A stretch of DNA of 64,000 nucleotides from Fimbriosthenelais zetlandica (GCA_977030845.1 OZ365109.1:6696001-6760000), one strand, 5' to 3'. Positions 10,595 to 20,301 are shown, counted from the first letter of the stretch. A program made the numbers and translations. The notes: a model not told the origin generated them from the sequence alone.

Positions 10595-12851
10595 ATGGAA
10601 TGGTTTTGCATCTTGGTATTGACCCCGCTAATGGTAGGTATTTAGAAAAGTAATTCAAGCATTAATCCTTAAAGATTTATTTTCAAGCAAAATTAGTTAG
10701 TATGCATGAATATTATAATCAAACCGCATATAGCCGCATAGCCGCCATCTTAATTTCTCTATAAATTATGCTCATTTCTATGAAGAGTGGATGGCTGGGT
10801 GTGAAGGCAGAAGCTGAATTAGAAGCAAGAAGTACTGTCGGCGACAAAGCTGAATTTGTGTGGTGGGACAAGGGCGGATTGTCAGGGTAAGTCTGCATTA
10901 TGGCCCGTGTCCACGAGGCGACAAAATACACATTTTTTGTAGCTGAGCGCCAAAAATGCTGTCGCTGGCTTTTGTAGCTGTATGAAAAAGACACAAATTA
11001 TTGATGAACAAAATGATTACCAATAGAAAGTCGCTACGTGAGCCTGATTTCTCAGCGAATTAGTGCTTAATTAGGTCGGCGCCAATGTTAGGGTCATCAA
11101 AAGTTAATTAGGTCATGTCGCTGACTATTTTGTCGCCTCGTGGACACGGGCCATTAGGCTTTCCATATTAAATGTGTGTTTCTCATGACCAGCCCGTCGC
11201 TAAATTTAGCACCCGCCATATGAACCCCACTTCAATGCAACCGTTTATTACCCTGACCCTTGACCTACAAATTCAGGCACAGCTTTCTGGGTAGAAAAGA
11301 AATGTTTCTCTTTTTGGGGGAGAATGATGTTATAGGGTATATATGGTGGGAACATATTACAAATATACGTACGATTTCGTCGTCCTTAATACATGTGGAA
11401 AATATAGGCTACTTGATGCTCCGAATGGAAGGGGTGGGCGGTGTAGGGGGGGGCGGTGATCGGTGATGCAAATTATTAATAGGACCTACTTGGTGTTCAA
11501 TATACGATATCTCAATTTCAACAATCTTTTCACACCACTTTTCAATGTTGCAGCGAGGACTTTATATGCTATGAAGCTCGTCGTGAAACGCCTGAATGGT
11601 TTGTATTGGGCCATCGTGGCCAACAGAACCATGATCAACTCCAAGGTCCAATATTGGGATTCAGGGAAAAGGTAGAAAACACGGCGTTGATGATGCCCTT
11701 TGGCTTTCAATGGATATGGGATGATCGAAGGAGCATCATGGATGAGGATGGTAGCGTGTGGGGAGTCACTTGTGGCACAGGTGACATTCAATTAGGCCTA
11801 TCTGAAATTATATTGTTAACTTAAGTCTAATAATTATTTTTCTCCATCTGACGCTCGTTTCAGCGTAAAAAATTCCGATAGACTTAGCATCGCTAATGGT
11901 TGTTCTGAAACAGGCCCCAGATCGAATGTGTCTGTTTGGCGGGCCTGGGGGGGGGACTCTGAATTAAAGTGGGTACCTATGCTCGATCCCTACTTTCAAA
12001 ACCCGACCCTTTTCAAGGATTTTACCCTAAAAAGATACCCCTTTTCTTCAAAAACAAGGAGATTTTACCCGTCCAAAACCACCCCTCAAAGCAAATCAAG
12101 GAGAACATACCGTCGTCCGTGCCAACTATATGAAATATGTTATAACACAATGAAAAATATGCACTGTAAAATAAAAATGCATCATACAAGCCACAAGGAG
12201 CTATACCTATCAAACTTTTGAGAAATTTCCTGTTCTCTTTATTGGAATTTTTTCTTCAAGGAGGACAATCTGAAAAAGTACCCCTTTTTCTCGAATATCA
12301 AGGTCCTTGATATTAGCAGTAAAAGTACCCGCTTCTCCTGGAAAATGGGAACGAGCATAGGTATACAGCCTACCCACTTTAATTCCGAGTGCCCCCCCCC
12401 CCGGGTTGGCGGGTGGTTTGTCCCTTCACGACCCCATAGACCTAAATGGAAGAACAATGATAATGATAAACTTTCACTTGATGTTTTCTTAATGTGTTGT
12501 GGCTTACAAATGTCACATGCAGACAGTAAGATTGATCATTTCCCTCCAACAGGGTATGTTTCTCTCGGTGACTTGTTCTATGCGGCTAACAGAATCGATT
12601 ATCCAGGCGCCGATCTATACTACAAATCACGATGTGTGAGGGAGGATCTGACTGAGGTTTGTCAACTAGACAAAAGAATCTGGCATGATGGTGGCTCTTT
12701 TGCGAAGTATGATGTCTCAGTCTGGGAATCACTGGCATCTTCTAATGGGATTGGCGGATTTTTGTATGCCAATGCTATACATGCCAAACCGCCAGACGTG
12801 ACAGCTTATTGCCTCAAGAAATCATCTTATGACTTAATTGACGAGTTATAA
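10595..12851 (+). CDS. Paralog B: secreted Vps62/DUF946 (beta-tripod-like) three-repeat protein, ~221 aa; exons 10595-10633, 10786-10886, 11554-11780, 12553-12851
   Basis: Spliced: MEWFCILVLTPLM|SGWLGVKAEAELEARSTVGDKAEFVWWDKGGLSGEDFICYEA...FQWIWDDRRSIMDEDGSVWGVTCGTGYVSLGDLFY...RIWHDGGSFAKYDVSVW...GGFLY...YCLKKSSYDLIDEL*. Phases 0,2,1 as in A and C. Exon 1 (donor G|GTAGGT, AAG acceptor) is inferred by analogy; exons 2-4 are firm. Confidence 0.82.
10901..11153 (+). mobile_element. 253-bp PIF/Harbinger-like MITE, copy 2 (paralog B intron 2)
   Basis: 26-bp TIRs; TTA target duplication (10898-10900, 11154-11156); starts 14 bp after the splice donor. Confidence 0.92.
11879..11917 (+). mobile_element. 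Solo right end of the gggcctgtttcag MITE family
   Basis: acttagcatcgctaatggttgttctgaaacaggccc|cag. Confidence 0.6.
11944..12404. mobile_element. ~460-bp non-autonomous DNA element with CC(G)n-started TIRs (EnSpm/CACTA-like, uncertain) in paralog B intron 3
   Basis: Left cctgggggggggactctgaattaaagtgggtacctatgctcg vs right cgagcataggta...tacccactttaattccgagtgcccccccccccgg. An inverted, internally deleted fragment of the same family lies at 14411-14522. Confidence 0.65.
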
Positions 12852-13371
12852 ATGACGACCAGTAGCCTACTGTTAGATAGTGGTCAATAAAGTGTCTAAA
12901 ACTTCTATTACCTACGTAAGCCTATTCTTATTCCCATAATAAATTAAGCCTAAGCAATAAATGATTGAAAGAATCACAATAAATGTATAGGGCCTATCCT
13001 TAAACGAAAAGCCTTCCCAAGACTGACCTGGCGGCTCAATAGATAGCTTATTAATAGACAAACTTTATGTACTAGTCCCATCCCGATATTCGTCTCCATA
13101 TATGGAAGAAATGGCGCTCGGAAATTCATAGTGACCGGATAGTGACTGAATAATAATGTTTAGACCAGGCAGCTGCCATATTGCTTGTCAACGGTTCCCG
13201 CCATTTCCCCTTGGTGGCGCTGCAGTGAGTGCTTGGAAGTGCTTGGAAATCGCAAGCAAGATATCTCGTTAAAATCTCAAATTTTCAGCTGAGGGTTCTC
13301 CCGCTCACAGGGGCTTATTCCGTGCCCATTAAAGACCTTCCATGGGTTCCCTGTTACTGAGAGATCAGTGA

Positions 13372-13880
13372 AAGATCGGCGACATATATGCGACAGATCT
13401 GTGACAGGTCAGCAACACATCTTTCACAGATCAGCGACATGTCTATGACAGACCAGCGAGAGATCTGTGACATGTCAGCGACAGATCTATGACAGACCAG
13501 CGACAGATCTGTGACATATCAGCGATATATCTGTGACAGATCAGCGACACATCTGTGACAGACCGGCGACAGATCTGTGACAGATCAGCGACAGATCTGT
13601 GACAGACCAGCAATACATCTGTGACAGACCAGCAATACATCTGTGACAGACCAGAGACAGATCTGTGACAGACCAGCGACACATCTGTGACAGACCATCA
13701 ACAGATCTGGCGAGAGATCTGTGACATACCAGCGACAGATCTGGCGAGAGATCTGTGACATACCATCGACAGATCTGTGACATACCAGCGACAGACCTGT
13801 GACAGATCAGCGACAGATCTGTGACAGATCAGCGACATATAAGCAACAGTTCTATCAGCAAAACATCTGTGACAGATCTA
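13372..13880. repeat. Degenerate ~22-bp minisatellite (consensus gacagatctgtgacagaccagc)
   Basis: About 20 tandem imperfect units visible directly between paralogs B and C. Confidence 0.9.
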
Positions 13881-14373
13881 TCATGCCACTGTCGCCACAG
13901 TTGACAGATGGGTACTTGCGACCAAGTTTGCTGCGCTCCCCCCCCCCCCCCCCCCCCCGCCCACCTCTTAGAACACCTTGGACTCCAGTTTAAAATGGTC
14001 ACCCCAATCAAATCCTAGGATATGTACCTGAGATTGTCCTTAATTTCCTTTCTCTTTTATTTCATTTCTGTTCCGATGGGATAATATATCCAGGGAGGGG
14101 GGGGGGGGCTAGGTGGGGGGGGGGGGGGGGGGGGGGTTGAGCCCACTTCACGGAAACCCATTCCAGATTCCCCCCATGTTTGGGCAATACGCACCCCCCC
14201 CCCCCCCCCCCCCCATGAATAATCCTGGCTACGGGCCTGCATTGTACGCATTGTCCTTATTTCGAAATAAACCCTGGAACCGGAAAGACCTCTCGTAGCC
14301 TCTTCCTCTTTACTGGCCCCCTCGAGCTAAACCTATAGCTGTGCCAATGATACCCCGGTATCCTTCCAGCACA

Positions 14374-14409
14374 ACTTAGCATTGCTAATGCTTGTTCTGA
14401 AACAGGCCC
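14374..14409 (+). mobile_element. Solo right end of the gggcctgtttcag MITE family
   Basis: acttagcattgctaatgcttgttctgaaacaggccc|cag. Confidence 0.6.
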
Positions 14410-15036
14410 CAGGAAATGTCTCAGAAATATGATAGGTATAGCTCCTTGTAGCTTGTATGACGAATTTTTATGGGGGGAAAGGTACGGTACGGTACCAACT
14501 TTAATTCAGAGTGCCCCCGGGGCACATTGGTCCCTCAAAAGCGGTGATCTCCTATAGGGAAATAATGACCATTTTTCGCAGCAACGTCCAAAGGGGACTA
14601 AAGTAAAATTTCAACCGGCCTTATCATAGTGGGAAAATAAGCACCTGGCTCAATGAACAATCATTTGTTAGGAAATCAACATTTAAATTGTTTCGGTGCA
14701 CGTTGGATTGGAGAAGGACAAACGTCTCTCTTCTCCATCGTCTCCTTCGCCTTTTTACAGACAGATTTTTCCTCCGCCTCTTTACAAACAGACCGTAAGT
14801 AGTAGACATCACTCTGTCTTTAAATTTCATTGTTCAAATTAAAATGTATTTATTCAAATGTATGTCAATGCAAACATACATACAGAATTTGCTGGTAATT
14901 AAAGACACGTGTATAGGCATGTCTGGTATATTCCATGATTGTGGAAATAATTTAATCTTTGATTTTGTATCTTCTTATTCTATTTAAAACTAGGCCTACT
15001 TGTTAAATTTAAACCGGAGGACGAACCAAGGACGGC

Positions 15037-17045
15037 ATGGCACCCATGTCTCTGAAATTGATTGCCAGCATATGCATGCTTGTAAGTTATATACCGATAT
15101 ACAGTCATGTATACACTAGCGTTACTGTCATGTACTCAGACAAAGATACATGGAAAAAGTTAAGATTCTATAATTATAATTATTTTTGCCTAATCAAAAT
15201 ATTACCAGATTTTCCTTCATCTAGGCTGCATCTGTTTTGTGAAAAGTGCAATTTTAAAGGTCTTGGGTACATGACATTATGTATTACACTCCGACACGCT
15301 CATCTGTTGTGATATAAATATGGAATACAACTCGATATTGATCTGCTTGAGCATGGGTCGCACTCGGGGTGAAAACATGTAGATTATCTGCATGTTTTCA
15401 CCCCCTCTGCTCTCACAGATCAACGTATCGTTGTATGCCATATAAGTATTGATAATAACTTAATAATATAAATTAGTTCGGCTAATCAAGATGAAATATA
15501 TCAGGAAAAAATGGGCAATCCATATAATGGTGAATTTATTTTTCATCCTTGTCAAGTGCATATATGCAACACCGACCTCTGCTGCCGATACACCAGCGCT
15601 CGTGGCTCAAAAGTCAGATGCTACAAAAGCTGAGAGGGTGTGGTGGGATAAAGGAGGATTTTCCAGGTATACAATATGATAATAAATATTTTATTAAACA
15701 AGTCAATCTGTGAGACCTGAGCAAAACATGCTTTTAGGGTCTAAAGTGTGTGATCCACACTATAATGGCCCGTGTCCACGAGGCGACAAAATACACATTT
15801 TTTGTAGCTGAGCGCCAAAAATGCTGTCGCTGGCTTTTGTAGCTGTATGAAAAAGACACAAATTATTGATGAACAAAATGATTACCAATAGAAAGTCGCT
15901 ACGTGAGCCTGATTTCTCAGCGAATTAGTGCTTAATTAGGTCGGCGCCAATGTTAGGGTCATCACAAGTTAATTAGGTCATGTCGCTGACAATTTTGTCG
16001 CCTCGTGGACACGGGCCATAATGTAGTCTTTGTATGCGGACAGAGGGCAGCTAGGAGGGATCCCACCGTGACCCAGGGGCCTAGTGGTGATCATGATCAA
16101 CTATGATCATGAAGCTGATCCACTTTTCTAATCTGATTGGTACTTTGTCAATAGCTTTTAATAGTCTTATACTTTGGCAGCAGCATCGCGAAGGTCTTAT
16201 TGACAAAGTACCATACCCAGTTTTACTGTATTCTGATTTGTACTTTGTCAATAGAATTTAATATTAAGTACTTTGATAGCAGCGTCTGAAAACTCTTATT
16301 GTCAAAGTACCAATCAGAATCCTTGTTACAAAAAATTGGTCACCAATTTAGTCTATTCTGATTGGTTCTTTGGCTGTTAAACTGGCAAAGGCTATTGACA
16401 AAGTACTTTGGCACAAGCCATTGCCTTAAATTTAATATTTCGGGCTTTCTCTTCTTTCACACAGGCATGACTTCGTCTGTTATGCGCCTCATCGTGAGAG
16501 CACCGACTGGAATGTTCTTGGACACAGAGGTCAAGGAAATCATGATCCACTGGAGAATTTTATCTATTCATTCAAAGACAAAAATGGCTCAGCGTTTGCT
16601 ATGCCTCTTAGTTTTTCAATGATATGGGATGACCGTGGCAGCATTATGAATGAAGATGGAGGTGTATGGCGGGCCCATTGTCCTCAAGGTATTTGGGATT
16701 GATATGCCTATTTCGTTTTATTACCGCCTTGTGCTGATTGTTATGTTTTTAGTGCTGTCCCTCGTGGTGTCTGCCCGTCTGTCTGTCATACTTGATCTAT
16801 TTTAACCTTATCGTTTGACCTACTTTTAACATTGGGTTGACCTACTTTTCAAGTTGGTCAAACTATAAGTAGGCCAAGGTTATGTTTGACCTACTTTGTT
16901 CATACTTTTGATCCTGACGTCGTTTGACATACTTTTAACTGGCCTGACCTTGCTTGACCTACTATTCACAAATTACCTACCTACAAAGTAGGTCAGACAT
17001 GGTCAGTGGTCAAAAGTTCAGAGGTCACAATTGAGAGAGAGAGAA

Positions 17046-17117
<72 letters not shown>

Positions 17118-17587
17118 TGGCAGAGAGAGAAAGAATGAATTTAATGAACAAAAAAGCGGCCAAACACCAACAAAATACCAAACACATAAAAATCAATTTA
17201 GACCTATAGCCTAGTGCGATGAGAGGATCCTAACCTAACGTTAGCCTATTACATGTATTGACATTATATACATCAGTAAATTTTTCAGAATTTGTTGCTC
17301 TTGGAGACTTCTTCTATAAGGCTAATCGAATTGACAGACCAGGCAATGATCTCTTCAACAAAGTAAGGTGTGTGATGGACAAGTATGCGGAAGTATGCTC
17401 ATTTTGCGAAACTAAAATATGGGATGATTCAAGATCATTTGCCAATAATGATGTTTCTGTTTGGGCTTCATGTCCCTCTGAAAACGGAACATGTATTGGA
17501 GGTTTCTTATATGCTCATAAGGAACACGAGAGCCCTCCAGATATAAAGCCTTACTGTCTCAAAAAGGACGCTTTTGAAGAAAATTAA
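15037..17587 (+). CDS. Paralog C: secreted Vps62/DUF946 (beta-tripod-like) three-repeat protein, ~225 aa; exons 15037-15081, 15557-15666, 16465-16688, 17289-17587
   Basis: Spliced: MAPMSLKLIASICML|CIYATPTSAADTPALVAQKSDATKAERVWWDKGGFSRHDFVCYAP...FSMIWDDRGSIMNEDGGVWRAHCPQEFVALGDFFY...KIWDDSRSFANNDVSVW...GGFLY...YCLKKDAFEEN*. Phases 0,2,1; the last coding exon is 299 nt as in A and B. Confidence 0.85.
15766..16018 (+). mobile_element. 253-bp PIF/Harbinger-like MITE, copy 3 (paralog C intron 2)
   Basis: Same TIRs; TAA target duplication (15763-15765, 16019-16021). Confidence 0.92.
16718..17030. repeat. TGACC-rich interspersed element, possibly Helentron-associated (HINE/Pearl-like)
   Basis: Begins ttattaccgcc...gtctgtctgtc and contains many tgacctact motifs; family assignment rests on general resemblance only. 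Confidence 0.35.
17033..17113. repeat. (GA)n microsatellite
   Basis: ~80 bp of interrupted GA repeats in paralog C intron 3. Confidence 0.95.
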
Positions 17588-18983
17588 AGCCTCAATAAAA
17601 TCAATTTGATACCAAACAATCGTGAAATAAAATAATTCTTTAGGCCTATTACGTTAAGGCCTATAGTGTAACTGATAGGCTAGCTTACCATCCAGAAATA
17701 TGAGAGTGCATGAGGAGTAATCCCTTGTTTGTATAAGGAAGAGCTGGAGCTGGAGCGACTGGAGCGCCACTGTGCGGATTGTGATGGGACAGTGTTCTCC
17801 ACACTTTGACTAGAGGCTTTATGGTAAGAAGAAACAACCCTAGGCATGTTCTCCACAATTTGACTAGAGGCTTTTATTATGGTAAGAAGAAACAACCCTG
17901 GCCATACTTACCCGGGGAAAAGTGGAACACAGGGCAAAGAAAACGGTATAAGTGCTGCCATCTACCATTGACCACTCCTGTAGCATTGAGTTACTCCTTT
18001 CTTGGTGGGAATCACCATTTCAGAGAATTACCATTTGTATTTTTCTTGGGAATTTTACATTTTTAGCTGCAGGCCTAAATTTGTAAAATTTGGCTTTCAT
18101 AAATCATTTTAAAAGGCCAACTATATAATTATTGAAGCACATAGCCTACATGTCTACAGGCTACTTGCTATCCCACACCATGGCAGTAGATCATAAGTAG
18201 TGAGGAGAAGGGAAATACCGGTAGTCTGAGATTGAAAGTTAAACCACAGACATAGAGGTAGATCTATCTCTATGTCTATGGTTAAAACAAGTCATTCGAC
18301 CAGGTTGGGGAAATACTTTAGAAAGCAAGAACAAGTCCGTGCTTGGTTTTTGGTTGTAGGCACATAATAGAATGATGTGAACCTGGCACAATATTCTACA
18401 TCTATCTAAGTACATGTACAACTAGAATCCGTCATTGATACCAGGTATTTAATTAATTGACCTTCTACAGCTCTGGGGAGGGAAGGAGAATTTATTACAT
18501 TGTATTCACATATTTTTATTCACAGTCTCAAATGTGTCCTTTATATTGTATGAACAAAAATACCAATTCAGGCATAACTCTGATAAATGATGTTCACTGC
18601 AAAGTGGCCGAAGGCCCTTGTCTTCTTCAAAAAATGACATGACGAACTGAACAGCAGTCTAATAGATATGGGGGACTAAAAATGAAATTGCCCAATGCTA
18701 TAACTATATATGTAATCGAATTTTCTCAAACTAAACTTAATCACATCTAGCCACGAATCTCCCTTTTTGAACTATAGTTTAACCAATATATTACATACAG
18801 TATGTTACCATGGATTTCGGTAAAGGTTATAACATAAGCACCATTGTTGAATCATGATCTGATCTTTAGCTAGCCTCTTCAGATTGACTTCCATTAAATA
18901 TTTTACTGCAGTAGGCCTATATCATGGTTACTTAGAACTCCCTTGCAAGCAAGTTATATTTATATTTAGGCTATAGGACAAGA

Positions 18984-19128
18984 CCCCCATTGCATAATTT
19001 CTTATCTTATCTTATCTTTAAAATCTTATCTTAAATGTGTCGTCCCCCATTGGATTTGCATTGGCTACGAGACCTTTAAGATAAGATCTTAAAGATAAGA
19101 TAAGATCGTAACTTATGCAATGGCCCCC
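18984..19128. mobile_element. Foldback/MITE with atctt/aagat internal repeats
   Basis: cccccattgcataa...atcttatctta vs taagataagat...ttatgcaatggccccc form imperfect inverted arms. Confidence 0.65.
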
Positions 19129-19291
19129 TTGGGAGAAGGGTGCTGTATGTAAATCATTTTAGTCCATATTTATTTCTCCACGCACAGTCTTTATTTCCTT
19201 ACATTGTTAGCTATGATTCAGATTGTATATTTGTATGGACGTAAATCTCCGGAATAAAAGCATTGAATTGAATATAGAGGAATTATCGCAC

Positions 19292-19501
19292 CTTTCTGCC
19301 GCGCCTGCCATTTCTCCATCATGGCTGATCGGTCGAGTAACTGTTCGAGATCTGTAGGACTGAGGACCTTAAGCTTCTTGGAGTTGGAGACATCGAGTTG
19401 AACATCGTGGTCCGAAGACGCGAGCAGCTCGCGTTACAAGTGATCAGAGTTCATCAGTGACATCTTACCAGCGAAGTTTTCAATGCCACTCTTATACCGA
19501 C
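19292..19501 (-). pseudogene. Orphan 210-nt exon similar to the C-terminal region of HELLS/LSH (SNF2-family helicase), with an in-frame TAA
   Basis: Bounded by cacag| and |gtgcga, phase 1-1. Translates GRYKSGIENFAGKMSLMNSDHL*RELLASSDHDVQLDVSNSKKLKVLSPTDLEQLLDRSAMMEKWQARQK; resembles (from memory) human HELLS NHFKGG...ELMELLKSRDY...KVISDKDLELLLDRS. Stop at 19434-19436. Confidence 0.65.
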
Positions 19502-20060
19502 CTGTGGTGAGCAATTCATAAACCCAAGTTACAACATCATTCTAAGTCAAGTAATACCAGCTGAAAATGCATGGTCCTTGAGAACATTTAGCGTTTTACT
19601 GTTGATTGATTTATAATTCTCAGCTCTTTATATTTTGATATAGCAATACATCCCAAACTGTTAACCAGCCTAGAAGTTAGATAGAAGAATTTCACATTGA
19701 TTTCTTTATTAGCCTATTGTTTTGTTACTGTTCTCTGTGATTAGGCTATACAGCAAAAAAAAGACCACAATTTACCTGGAAATATTACATGAGATAGCCT
19801 ATATACCCGGTAGGCCTACAATTGAATGTTTACATGTTGACTTTTTTGTGACAAAGTATCTGTAAAAAGATGATCTGGAAAGATCAACATATTTAAATCC
19901 CATCCAAAAAATAGGTTAGATCTAGTCTATCCGCAAAATATTTTTCTAGGCCCTAGGCCTACAACCATCCATTTCGTAGGCCTACGAGTTCGAGTCAAGA
20001 CATCCCAATTGCCAATAGATCAAAAAAATATGCTTGTTAGGGGTTACTCCTATTTCTTGT

Positions 20061-20301
20061 GGGTTGTAACGGGGTCCCCCTTTTGTCAGTTGTCAGTTGT
20101 CAGTTGTCAGTAAAATTCTGCCTTATTTGTCGGTATCAGTAACATATTTGGCTCATTTGTCGCTTGTCGCTAGACAAAAATGACCATGTCGGCAAAAAAG
20201 AAATAAAAAAATACCTCCCAAATGTCGCTTGTCGGTAATTATTTAAAGGCCCTTTGTCGCCCTTTGTCGCCTGTCAGTAGGCCTAAACCCCGTTATAACC
20301 C
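20061..20301. mobile_element. MITE-like element upstream of NEDD4 with short TIRs and ttgtcag/ttgtcgc subterminal repeats
   Basis: gggttgtaacgggg vs reverse complement of ccccgttataaccc; internal (ttgtcag)4 and repeated ttgtcg. Confidence 0.55.

Noticed and set aside
10702-10785. Paralog B as a pseudogene: in-frame ATG 10702 ...IAAILISL*IMLISMK with TAA at 10762-10764
   Set aside because: A better model exists. Exon 10595-10633 (MEWFCILVLTPLM, donor GTAGGT) splices to 10786, giving an intact signal peptide and the same phase-0 intron as paralogs A and C.
13443-13993. Overlapping ORFs with repeated SLVCHRS/DLSQ motifs
   Set aside because: Translation artefacts of the 22-bp minisatellite.
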